Source: Ranitomeya imitator
Lineage: Eukaryota
DNA length: 64,000 nt
Assembly: GCF_032444005.1 (NCBI RefSeq)
Contig: NC_091283.1
Span: 322,338,001 to 322,402,000 of the forward strand
Reading direction: 5' to 3'
Shown here: piece after piece, positions 12,601 to 25,130 of the stretch
How positions within the stretch are numbered: the first letter of the stretch is position 1
Layout of the letters: every line of letters begins with the position of its first letter
Program-made: the position numbers and the translations under genes
Notes under the pieces: model-generated
What the model was told of the DNA's origin: nothing
Database searches by the model: none
What the model saw: the letters and a program-made list of their open reading frames with translations, nothing else

Positions 12601-14962
12601 CACATAGAGAATAATGGAGCCTCCAGCACCGACCTCCACCCACAGAGCCGCACTCCACATAGAGAATAATGGAGCCTCCAGCACCGACCTCCACCCGCAG
12701 AGCCGCACTCCACATAGAGAATAATGGAGCCTCCAGCACCGACCTCCACCCGCAGAGCCGCCCTCCACATAGAGAATAATGGAGCCTCCAGCACCTACCT
12801 CCACCCGCAGAGCCGCACTCCACATAGAGAATAATGGAGCCTCCAGCACCGACCTCCACCCGCAGAGTCGCACTCCACATAGAGAATAATGGAGCCTCCA
12901 GCACCGACCTCCACCCGCAGAGCCGCACTCCACATAGAGAATAATGGAGCCTCCAGCACCGACCTCCACCCACAGAGCCACACTCCACATAGAGAATAAT
13001 GGAGCCTCCAGCACCGACCTCCACCCACACTCCACATAGAGAATAATGGAGCCTCCAGCACCGACCTCCACCCGCAGAGCCGCCCTCCACATAGAGAATA
13101 ATGGAGCCTCCAGCACCTACCTCCACCCGCAGAGCCGCACTCCACATAGAGAATAATGGAGCCTCCAGCACCGACCTCCACCCGCAGAGCCGCACTCCAC
13201 ATAGAGAATAATGGAGCCTCCAGCACCGACCTCCACCCACACTCCACATAGAGAATAATGGAGCCTCCAGCACCGACCTCCACCCGCAGAGCCGCCCTCC
13301 ACATAGAGAATAATGGAGCCTCCAGCACCTACCTCCACCCGCAGAGCCGCACTCCACATAGAGAATAATGGAGCCTCCAGCACCGACCTCCACCCACAGA
13401 GCCACACTCCACATAGAGAATAATGGAGCCTCCAGCACCGACCTCCACCCACACTCCACATAGAGAATAATGGAGCCTCCAGCACCGACCTCCACCCGCA
13501 GAGCCGCCCTCCACATAGAGAATAATGGAGCCTCCAGCACCTACCTCCACCCGCAGAGCCGCACTCCACATAGAGAATAATGGAGCCTCCAGCACCGACC
13601 TCCACCCGCAGAGCCGCACTCCACATAGAGAATAATGGAGCCTCCAGCACCGACCTCCACCCACAGAGCCACACTCCACATAGAGAATAATGGAGCCTCC
13701 AGCACGGACCTCCACCCACACTCCACATAGAGAATAATGGAGCCTCCAGCACCGACCTCCACCCGCAGAGCCGCCCTCCACATAGAGAATAATGGAGCCT
13801 CCAGCACCTACCTCCACCCGCAGAGCCGCACTCCACATAGAGAATAATGGAGCCTCCAGCACCGACCTCCACCCGCAGAGCCGCACTCCACATAGAGAAT
13901 AATGGAGCCTCCAGCACCGACCTCCACCCACAGAGCCACACTCCACATAGAGAATAATGGAGCCTCCAGCACCGACCTCCACCCACACTCCACATAGAGA
14001 ATAATGGAGCCTCCAGCACCGACCTCCACCCGCAGAGCCGCCCTCCACATAGAGAATAATGGAGCCTCCAGCACCTACCTCCACCCGCAGAGCCGCACTC
14101 CACATAGAGAATAATGGAGCCTCCAGCACCGACCTCCACCCGCAGAGCCGCACTCCACATAGAGAATAATGGAGCCTCCAGCACCGACCTCCACCCACAG
14201 AGCCACACTCCACATAGAGAATAATGGAGCCTCCAGCACCGACCTCCACCCACACTCCACATAGAGAATAATGGAGCCTCCAGCACCGACCTCCACCCGC
14301 AGAGCCGCACTCCACATAGAGAATAATGGAGCCTCCAGCACCGACCTCCACCCGCAGAGCCACACTCCACATAGAGAATAATGGAGCCTCCAGCACCGAC
14401 CTCCACCCGCAGAGCCGCACTCCACATAGAGAATAATGGAGCCTCCAGCACCGACCTCCACCCACAGAGCCACACTCCACATAGAGAATAATGGAGCCTC
14501 CAGCACCGACCTCCACCCACACTCCACATAGAGAATAATGGAGCCTCCAGCACCGACCTCCACCCGCAGAGCCGCCCTCCACATAGAGAATAATGGAGCC
14601 TCCAGCACCTACCTCCACCCGCAGAGCCGCACTCCACATAGAGAATAATGGAGCCTCCAGCACCGACCTCCACCCGCAGAGCCGCACTCCACATAGAGAA
14701 TAATGGAGCCTCCAGCACCGACCTCCACCCACAGAGCCACACTCCACATAGAGAATAATGGAGCCTCCAGCACCGACCTCCACCCACACTCCACATAGAG
14801 AATAATGGAGCCTCCAGCACCGACCTCCACCCGCAGAGCCGCACTCCACATAGAGAATAATGGAGCCTCCAGCACCGACCTCCACCCGCAGAGCCACACT
14901 CCACATAGAGAATAATGGAGCCTCCAGCACCGACCTCCACCCGCAGAGCCGCACTCTACATA
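9661..14962. repeat. 55-bp minisatellite array 2 (about 97 units)
   Basis: Same unit; about 10130-14074 matches array 1 at offset 7351. Confidence 0.98.
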
Positions 14963-17384
14963 TATGGCTGCTCTGTGCATACAGGACCTGTGATGAGGTC
15001 ACATGATGGGAGGAAAAGAGGTTGGAACCAGAGAAGATATTTTGCTCTTCCCAATATGACACATAGATGTTTGCAATGAACGGTGACAAGGCCGCCCCCA
15101 CTGAGGTGCCCTGATTTGTAGATAATAAGAGCCATTAAAAGAAAAATAATTATTTTGCAGCAGGATGTTAATGACTATAGCTAAAAATTCCTGCATTTCT
15201 GCTGAATAATTGCTGTAGACCTGCAAGTGATACCTCAAAATCGATGCTGGGGTAAAGACTAACTACATCGCAACAAAGTGTGACAGATAGAAGCTGCACT
15301 GTTGGTTTAGAATCATCCAGCAACTACAGGGGTTAACATGGTTATAGCAGAGGGAGTGGTTAGCTCAGCCCCAGTGGATTCTGGGAAGGTGTGGTTGTGT
15401 CTGGGACTTCCAAGAGTAAGGTGTGTGTTAGAGTCTCCTGTCTGTATAGACCAGTATTGAATGCTGTTTTCCACTCATCACCCTCTTTATCTTTATCATA
15501 TCATTGAGATTATTCGCCCCCTGAGATCCCAGTTTAGAAAACCATTCTGCTCCTATAATCTGAATAAAGAAGTCCGGGATGAGAGGGAGCGGCTACGGAT
15601 CCCAGAGCGTGATCAGATGGAGTATGAAACCAGGATATTTTACCTCCAGCACGCTAAGTGTTGGGATGGTTAAAGTAAGCTGCATATATGGGCTGGTTTT
15701 ATGTGAAAACTCATGGAGTGGGAGGGAGAGTGCTCACCATATCTCTTCCTGCAGCTGACACCGGCAGGTGGACTGCGGTGATGTCACAGTCATGTGATCA
15801 TCACATGGTCCTGGTTAAGTACCTGGACATGTGATACAGTCTGGGTGGTGTCTTGGGAGAGGAGGTACTCCCATGTAGCTCCAAGGAGGAGCGGAGGAAA
15901 TTGCCAGGTGCCTGTAGGTTGAGACCTTTATTTGTTTTATTTTTCCGTTAATCCAGAAAGGCTCTGTTTTTGTTTTGTGAACCCTGCCTTGGTGTATGCT
16001 GACTCCAATGAACCAGCAGGTGCTTCACCACCAAAGTGTTCCTGTGTCTACCTGAGGAAGCGGCTAAGCGTGTCAATCCCTCACACTACAGAGGAGATAT
16101 GTACACCCGGGTTGCTAACCTCCCCGCAACCTGAGCTACTTAGTTTTCAGGCGGCTGTTTACCGTGAGATAGGGAAGGACATGTGCCCATGAAATGGCCT
16201 TTTCTACCACAGTAAAAACATACTCCCCTTTGTGTCAAACAACAGACTGCTTTCCAGAACCAGTTGCCCCACCCAACTGCACAGGTTCCTCAGATGACTC
16301 AGACTAGGTTTCCCTTGGCCCTGGACCTCCCGCACATTTGGGGTGTCTTTTTATGTCTTGTGGAGTGAAGGATGGGGTTAAATCATAGTAGTAGAAGAAG
16401 GGGAATTATCACACACTCTAAACCAAGCCACAGTCACAGATAAATCCACCAAACGCCTTCTCCATTAACAACCATCAACAACCTCCATCCATGTAACATA
16501 AGCTACTCTGACAATGAGTGCTAACTAGGGCCCAGATTATATAGGAGATGGGAGTGGCTAACAGTGCACAGCTGAGAGACTTAACACTCCAGGAGCTCTC
16601 AACTGAGCAGATTAACTCCTGCACTGCCAAAAAGAAATTTTAATATGAAGGTGAAGTGCTTCTAATCAGTGCAGAAGTAGGAGAAGTCAGACGCTGAGGT
16701 CTTCTGGCTCCTTTCTGTCGTGGTAAACATGTGACAACACTGACAAATGTGTCTCTCAGTGAGCGGGCCCCTCCTGAATCTTTTCCCGACACGCTGCACC
16801 GCTCCCTCGGACTGAGGCCTATTTGGATGCTTAAAGCTGCGGTCTCTCTTGTGGGCCATGTACACCCGGTTCACGGCCCTTGCAGTATATATAGGAGCGA
16901 CCAAATCGCTCCAAGATACAGACTGAAGGAACGAAATAGACGAGCGGAGACAGAGAGACAGAGAGCTGGCCAAGCTGGAGATACAAGCCTGACAGCACAT
17001 ACTTACCCACCGTGCGTCCTCCTGTGGCATAGGCTGGTCCCTGGGGGCTGTGGCGTGCCCTGTATTCTGCCGGTCTGCCTCTTCGGCCGTCGCAGTTGCC
17101 GGTGAATGACTGGATCAGCTGGGTTGCACCTCACATCCTATACCACTGCTTGCAGTGCGGGCGCTGTGGTTGGGGTTTCCCCTGTTGTTTGCAGGGTTCA
17201 TCTGGCTGTCACCCAGACACAGCGATGTTGCGGTCTGAGGTCCTGCAGCGATCAATCTTAGGAAGGCCTCTGCAGTGGTCCTGCTCCCTTTTCACCTGTG
17301 CTTCTCATCTAGGAAGCAGAACACCCCTGAACAAAATACTCCTCAGCCTCCTTGGTACATAAGAGGGGTCAATTTCAGGGGCAC
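14963..17384. repeat. Spacer copy 2 (contains PLE RT relic at about 15010-15275)
   Basis: Only two substitutions noticed versus copy 1 (GTCACAGTC vs GTCATAGTC; TTAATCCAG vs TTAAGCCAG). Confidence 0.96.
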
Positions 17385-19084
17385 TCCACATAGAGAATAA
17401 TGGAGCCTCCAGCACCTACCTCCACCCGCAGAGCCGCACTCCACATAGAGAATAATGGAGCCTCCAGCACCGACCTCCACCCGCACTCCACATAGAGAAT
17501 AATGGAGCCTCCAGCACCTACCTCCACCCGCAGAGCCGCACTCCACATAGAGAATAATGGGGAATCTCCAGCACCGACCTCCACTCGCAGAGCCGCACTC
17601 CACATAGAGAATAATGGAGCCTCCAGCACCGACCTCCACCCGCACTCCACATAGAGAATAATGGAGCCGCCAGCACCGACCTCCACCCGCAGAGCCGCAC
17701 TTCACATAGAGAATAATGGAGCCTCCAGCACCTACCTCCACCCGCAGAGCCACACACCACATAGAGAATAATGGGGCCTACAGCACCGACCTCCACCCGC
17801 AGAGCCGCACTCCACATAGAGAATAATGGAGCCTCCAGCACCTACCTCCACTCGCAGAGCCGCACTCCACATAGAGAATAATGGGGAATCTCCAGCACCG
17901 ACCTCCACCCGCAGTGCCGCACTCCACATAGAGAATAATGGAGCCTCCAGCACCGACCTCCACCCGCAGAGCCGCACTCCACATAGAGAATAATGGAGCC
18001 TCCAGCACCGACCTCCACCCGCAGAGCCGGACTCCACATAGAGAATAATGGAGCCTCCAGCACCTACCTCCACCCGCAGAGCCACACTCCACATAGAGAA
18101 TAATGGAGCCTCTAGCACCGACCTCCACCCGCAGAGCCGCACTCCACATAGAGAATAATGGAGCCTCCAGCACCGACCTCCACCCGCAGAGCTGCACTCC
18201 ACATAGAGAATAATGGAGCCTCCAGCACCGACCTCCACCCACAGAGCCGCACTCCACATAGAGAATAATGGAGCCTCCAGCACCGACCTCCACCCACAGA
18301 GCCGCACTCCACATAGAGAATAATGGAGCCTCCAGCCCCGACCTCCACCCGCAGAGCCGGACTCCACATAGAGAATAATGGAGCCTCCAGCACCGACCTC
18401 CACCCTCAGAGCCGCACTCCACATAGAGAATAATGGAGCCTCCAGCACCGACCTCCACCCGCAGAGCCGCACTCCACATAGAGAATAATGGAGCCTCCAG
18501 CACCGACCTCCACCCGCAGAGCCACACTCCACATAGAGGATAATGGAGCCTCCAGCACCGACCTCCACCCGCAGAGCCACACTCCACATAGAGAATAATG
18601 GAGCCTCCAGCACCGACCTCCACCCGCAGAGCCGCACTCCACATAGAGAATAATGGAGCCTCCAGCACCGACCTCCACCGCAGAGCCGTACTCCACATAG
18701 AGAATAATGGAGCCTCCAGCACCGACCTCCACCCGCAGTGCCGCACTCCACATAGAGAATAATGGAGCCTCCAGCACCGACCTCCACCCGCAGAGCCGCA
18801 CTCCACATAGAGAATAATGGAGCCTCCAGCACCGACCTCCACCCGCAGAGCCGCACTCCACATAGAGAATAATGGAGCCTCCAGCACCGACCTCCACCCG
18901 CAGAGCCGCACTCCACATAGAGAATAATGGAGCCTCCAGCACCGACCTCCACCCCCAGAGCCGCACTCCACATAGAGAATAATGGAGCCTCCAGCACCGA
19001 CCTCCACCCACAGAGCCACACTCCACATAGAGAATAATGGGGCCTCCAGCACCGACCTCCACCCGCAGAGCCGCACTCTACATA
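17381..19084. repeat. 55-bp minisatellite array 3 (about 31 units, most diverged)
   Basis: Same unit with more private substitutions. Confidence 0.98.
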
Positions 19085-21088
19085 TATGGCTGCTCTGTGC
19101 ATACAGGACCTGTGATGAGGTCACATGATGGGAGGAAAAGAGGTTGGAACCAGAGAAGATATTTTGCTCTTCCCAATATGACACATAGATGTTTGCAATG
19201 AACGGTGACAAGGCCGCCCCCACTGAGGTGCCCTGATTTGTAGATAATAAGAGCCATTAAAAGAAAAATAATTATTTTGCAGCAGGATGTTAATGACTAT
19301 AGCTAAAAATTCCTGCATTTCTGCTGAATAATTGCTGTAGACCTGCAAGTGATACCTCAAAATCGATGCTGGGGTAAAGACTAACTACATCGCAACAAAG
19401 TGTGACAGATAGAAGCTGCACTGTTGGTTTAGAATCATCCAGCAACTACAGGGGTTAACATGGTTATAGCAGAGGGAGTGGTTAGCTCAGCCCCAGTGGA
19501 TTCTGGGAAGGTGTGGTTGTGTCTGGGACTTCCAAGAGTAAGGTGTGTGTTAGAGTCTCCTGTCTGTATAGACCAGTATTGAATGCTGTTTTCCACTCAT
19601 CACCCTCTTTATCTTTATCATATCATTGAGATTATTCGCCCCCTGAGATCCCAGTTTAGAAAACCATTCTGCTCCTATAATCTGAATAAAGAAGTCCGGG
19701 ATGAGAGGGAGCGGCTACGGATCCCAGAGCGTGATCAGATGGAGTATGAAACCAGGATATTTTACCTCCAGCACGCTAAGTGTTGGGATGGTTAAAGTAA
19801 GCTGCATATATGGGCTGGTTTTATGTGAAAACTCATGGAGTGGGAGGGAGAGTGCTCACCATATCTCTTCCTGCAGCTGACACCGGCAGGTGGACTGCGG
19901 TGATGTCACAGTCATGTGATCATCACATGGTCCTGGTTAAGTACCTGGACATGTGATACAGTCTGGGTGGTGTCTTGGGAGAGGAGGTACTCCCATGTAG
20001 CTCCAAGGAGGAGCGGAGGAAATTGCCAGGTGCCTGTAGGTTGAGACCTTTATTTGTTTTATTTTTCCGTTAAGCCAGAAAGGCTCTGTTTTTGTTTTGT
20101 GAACCCTGCCTTGGTGTATGCTGACTCCAATGAACCAGCAGGTGCTTCACCACCAAAGTGTTCCTGTGTCTACCTGAGGAAGCGGCTAAGCGTGTCAATC
20201 CCTCACACTACAGAGGAGATATGTACACCCGGGTTGCTAACCTCCCCGCAACCTGAGCTACTTAGTTTTCAGGCGGCTGTTTACCGTGAGATAGGGAAGG
20301 ACATGTGCCCATGAAATGGCCTTTTCTACCACAGTATAAACATACTCCCCTTTGTGTCAAACAACAGACTGCTTTCCAGAACCAGTTGCCCCACCCAACT
20401 GCACAGGTTCCTCAGATGACTCAGACTAGGTTTCCCTTGGCCCTGGACCTCCCGCACATTTGGGGTGTCTTTTTATGTCTTGTGGAGTGAAGGATGGGGT
20501 TAAATCATAGTAGTAGAAGAAGGGGAATTATCACACACTCCAAACCAAGCCACAGTCACAGATAAATCCACCAAACGCCTTCTCCATTAACAACCATCAA
20601 CAACCTCCATCCATGTAACATAAGCTACTCTGACAATGAGTGCTAACTAGGGCCCAGATTATATAGGAGATGGGAGTGGCTAACAGTGCACAGCTGAGAG
20701 ACTTAACACTCCAGGAGCTCTCAACTGAGCAGATTAACTCCTGCACTGCCAAAAAGAAATTTTAATATGAAGGTGAAGTGCTTCTAATCAGTGCAGAGGA
20801 GAAGTCAGACGCTGAGGTCTTCTGGCTCCTTTCTGTCGTGGTAAACCTGTGACAACACTGACAAATGTGTCTCTCAGTGAGCGGGCCCCTGTTTGCAGGG
20901 TTCATCTGGCTGTCACCCAGACACAGCGATGTTGCGGTCTGAGGGCCTGCAGCGATCAATCTTAGGAAGGCCTCTGCAGTGGTCCTGCTCCCTTTTCACC
21001 TGTGCTTCTTATCTAGGAAGCAGAACACCCCTGAACAAAATACTCCTCAGCCTCCTAGGTACATAAGAGGGGTCAATTTCAGGGGCAC
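19085..21088. repeat. Spacer copy 3 (414-bp and 4-bp deletions; continues into unique flank)
   Basis: Lacks the equivalent of 9053-9466; after AGGGGCAC it continues CAACACCGG rather than re-entering the array. Confidence 0.95.
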
Positions 21089-21375
21089 CAACACCGGCTC
21101 CATGGCCTCTACCCTACCCCAACCCACGCACCCACTCTACATTGGACATCTTTTGCAACAACAAGCATGAGAAGCTAATTCTAGCAAAAAGCGCAAGAGA
21201 AATGGGGAAATTCGTCAAGAAAACAAATATCTCTCAGCGCAATAGGTACGAGAGTGGAAAATCTAGAACAAAAACCGTGACTCCCTCTGCAACTTCTCAC
21301 TATATGACGTCTTGTTTTTGTGTGAGAGGAGCTGTAGTTTTTTTTTAAAGGTCATTTTGACAAAAACGACTGTAA

Positions 21376-22098
21376 AGGTACCGTCACACTTAGCGACGCT
21401 GCAGCGATACCGACAACGATCCGGATCGCTGCAGCGTCGCTGTTTGGTCGCTGGAGAGCTGTCACACAGACAGCTCTCCAGCGACCAACGATGCCGGTAA
21501 CCAGGGTAAACATCGGGTAACTAAGCGCAGGGCCGCGCTTAGTAACCCGATGTTTACCCTGGTTACCATCCTAAAAGTAAAAAAAACAAACAGTACATAC
21601 TTACCTACAGCCGTCTGTCCTCCAGCGCTGTGCTCTGCTCTCCTCCTGTACTGTCTGTGTGAGCACAGCGGCCGGAAAGCAGAGCGGTGACGTCACCGCT
21701 CTGCTTTCCGGCTGACCGACGCTCACAGACAGTACAGGAGGAGAGCAGAGCACAGCGCTGGAGGACAGACGGCTGTAGGTAAGTATGTACTGTTTGTTTT
21801 TTTTACTTTTAGGATGGTAACCAGGGTAAACATCGGGTTACTAAGCGCGGCCCTGCGCTTAGTTACCCGATGTTTACCCTGGTTACCAGTGAAGACATCG
21901 CTGAATCGGTGTCACACACCGATTCAGCGATGTCTGCGGGGAGTCCAGCGACGAAATAAAGTTCTGGACTTTCTTCCCCGACCAGCGACAGCACAGCAGG
22001 GGCCTGATCGCTGCTGCCTGTCACACTGGACGATATCGCTAGCCAGGACGCTGCAACGTCACGGATCGCTAGCGATATCGTCTAGTGTGACGGTACCT
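21376..22098. mobile_element. Palindromic MITE, PIF/Harbinger-like
   Basis: TIR AGGTACCGTCACACT...AGTGTGACGGTACCT flanked by TAA on both sides; no coding capacity; 392-bp internal palindrome. Confidence 0.85.
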
Positions 22099-22199
22099 TA
22101 AGACCGTGTTCAAACGTAGCAGGTTTTCACGCACTTGTTTTATACAGACATGGGAAGGATGCCTGAGGTAAATGTTATTTTTTTTTAACCATTTTGTGT

Positions 22200-22630
22200 T
22201 GTATGACTACCTGGATTAAAAGGTATAATTATTCACAGTTTGATTATTCTTAACTTTGGATGGAGAGTTTCAAAAGTACAATAGGATTGCACGCACCTAT
22301 TTATTATAGAAAACCACATAACTCAGAGTTTTCACAGCTGACGCAGATACACTAGGTCAGCTCATGAGCAAGTCAGGGTAATCAATCTGGAAGTTAGTGG
22401 TTAGTATCTGCGCTGCTGTAAAGATGAATGTCCGGACGTATTGAAGACAAAGATGATGATTTATTCTCGACGCGTTTCGAAGTCACTAGGACTTCTTCCT
22501 CAGGAGATGCTTTGAACTTACAATGTCGTTACATGCTGTTCAAATATATTACACATTCAACTCTGGCATCAGAAAAAAATCACATGTCAAACGATGTCAA
22601 AGTTCATATGATAGACACATGGTATAGTAC
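22200..22630 (-). mobile_element. Penelope-like terminal repeat (pLTR) remnant
   Basis: Contains a minimal hammerhead immediately followed by AATAAA on the minus strand; boundaries approximate. Confidence 0.6.
22465..22507 (-). ncRNA. Type I minimal hammerhead ribozyme
   Basis: Minus strand TCTC-CTGAGGA-A-GAAGTC-ctagt-GACTTC-GAAAC-GC-GTC-GAGA: 4-bp stem I, perfect 6-bp stem II, conserved core, palindromic ACGCGT stem III, GUC cleavage triplet. Confidence 0.85.
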
Positions 22631-23329
22631 ATGACAATTAATAATAATAATAATAATTTTCATTTATATAGCGCCAACATATTCCGCAGCACTTTACAAT
22701 TAAGAGGGAAAAATGCATAGACAATAAATTCAATACAAGTTAAGACAATTTAAAAAGTGACATTAGGGGTTAGGTCCCTGCTCGCAAGCTAACAATCTAC
22801 AAGAAAATGGGGGGACACAATAGGTGAAAAGTGCTTGATGTTTCAGGTCTGGCAATTATAGTAAACTAGATGGTGGCCCGATTCTAACGCATCAGGTATT
22901 CTAGAATATGTATGTATGTATGTACGGCGCGCTGTAAGTGGGGGCTAAATTCCGCACCAATATCGCTGATTGGTCGCGCCCGGCTGGCCGATCAGCGAAG
23001 CGTGGTTCAAATCTGGCACCAATTCGCTGCCGGACTCCGTCTGTCGCTGATTGGTCGCAGCCGGCCGGGCTCGACCAATGACCGAAGCGGTGTTTAAATA
23101 CTGCGCCAATATCACTGATTGGTCGCGGCCGGCCGTGCGCGACCAATCACTGAAGCGGTGTTTAAATCCCGTGCCAATATCGCTGATTGGTCGCGGCCGG
23201 CCGGGCCCCTAATCAGCGAAGCGTGGTTTAAATCCCGCGTCACTTCGCAGCTGGACTGTGTCTGTCGCTGATTGGTCACAGGATGTCGGGGGTTCGAGGC
23301 GCTGGATGTCGGGGGTCCGGGGTGCAGGA

Positions 23330-23875
23330 TATAGTACAGCCACGTAGTATATAACACAGCCACATAGCATATAGCACAGCCACGTAGTATGTAGTATATA
23401 ACACAGTCACGTAGTATATAGCACAGCCATGTAGTATATAGCACAGCCACGTAGTATATAGCAGCCACATAGTATATAGCACAGCCATGTGTAATATAGC
23501 AGCCACGTAGTATATAGAAGCCACGTAGTATATAACACAGCCCATGTACTATATAACACAGACAGCCACGTAGTATATAGCAGAGCCACGTAGTATATAG
23601 CAAAGCCACGTAGTATATAGCAGAGCAACGTATATAGCACAGCCACGTAGTATATAGCACAGCCATGTAGTATATAGCAGCCACATAGTATGTAGCTGCC
23701 ACATAGTATATAGCACAGCCACATGGTATATAGCAGCCACGTAGTATATAGCAGCCACGTAGTATATAACACAGCACACGCAGTAAATAACACAGCACAT
23801 GCAGTATATAACACTGCCCACGTAGTATATATCAGTCACGCAGTATATAACACAGCCCACTTAGTATATAGCAGT
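23330..23875. repeat. 20-22 bp minisatellite inside the Helitron
   Basis: Repeats of GCACAGCCACGTAGTATATA. Confidence 0.9.
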
Positions 23876-24173
23876 GTGGGCACCATATCTCTGTTAAAAA
23901 AAAAAGAATGAAAATAAAAAATAGTTATATACTCACCCTCCGGCGGCCACCGAACTTGTCCCAATGCGTGCGAGGCTGCCGCCAGCTTCCATTTCCAGTG
24001 TTGGATTGTGAAATTACATAGATGACTTAGCAGTCTCGCGAGAACGCTAAGTCATCTGGGTAATTTCGCAATGCATCTCTGGGAACGGAAGCTGGTGGCA
24101 TCCTCGCCGCTCGCGCGCATCGGTGGACGGCGGAAGGTGAGAATAGCACCATTTTTTTTTTAATTAGTTTTAA

Positions 24174-25130
24174 CCCCTTAGTGACGGAGCCAAATTTTTG
24201 AAATCTGACCAGTGTCACTTTATGTGGTAATAACTCTGCAACGCTTCAACAAATCACAGTGATTTTGAGACTGTTTTTTCGTGACACATTATACTTTACG
24301 ATAATGGTAAATTTAGGTCAATATGTTTTGTGTTTATTTATAAAAAATATCAAAAATTTGAGAAAAATGTTAAAAAATTAGCAATTTTCAAAGTTTGAAT
24401 GATTATCCCTTTAATCCAGATGGTCATACCACAGCTAACCATTAATAAATAACTTTTCCCACATGTCTGCTTTACATCAGCAACATTTGTAAAATGTTCT
24501 TTTATTTTGTTAGCATTTTAGGAGGTTCAAAAATGTAGCAGCAATTTTTCATTTTTTCAAGGAAATTTACAATATTTATTTTTTTAGGGACCTATCCATG
24601 TTTGAATTGACTTTAGGGGTCTCATATATTGGGAAACCCCAAACGTGATACTTTAAAAACAGCACACCCTGACATATTGAAAACTGCTGTCAGGTAGTTT
24701 ATTAACCCTTCAGGTGCTTTACAGGAATTAATGCAAAGTGGTATGACAGAAATGAAAATGTGTATTTTTACGACCTAAATGTCGGTAACTTCTGAACAGG
24801 TTACAACAGCCGACAGACTCTAAGGCCGCTATTTGTTCGTGAATTGCCATCGCAAACATCAGGACCACAAAATCATGATCTGAGGGCACCAATTGGGATA
24901 AAGAGGAAGCCCCCACGCTCTGTTAACCATTTATAATGATGTAGTCACTATTGACAGCAGCATCTAAGGGGGTTAAACAGATATGTACGGTGACAACACT
25001 GATCGTGGCTGATACAGCAAGTTGTCAGCTATAGTGTACAGCCGACAGCTGCTGGATTGTCACCTGTATGGGGAGGCTATTCTCCTTAATCTCAGGTCAG
25101 TTAAAAGATGTATTGGCTGTCATTAAGGGG
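24174..25130. mobile_element. TTAA-flanked piggyBac-like MITE nested in the Helitron
   Basis: TTAA|CCCCTTAGTGAC...GTCATTAAGGGG|TTAA; second copy at 30338-32828. Confidence 0.85.

Noticed and set aside
1-19084. CRISPR-like regular repeats
   Set aside because: Units are head-to-tail with no unique spacers, there are no cas genes, and the context is vertebrate.
1201-19223. Dozens of long minus-strand ORFs (up to 1063 aa)
   Set aside because: They are translations of the stop-free 55-bp repeat in all three frames; those starting MGAALSPF merely begin in the PLE relic. No evidence of a gene.
23112-23911. Tyr/Cys-rich ORFs here and at 51453-52224 and 55579-55962
   Set aside because: Translations of minisatellites.
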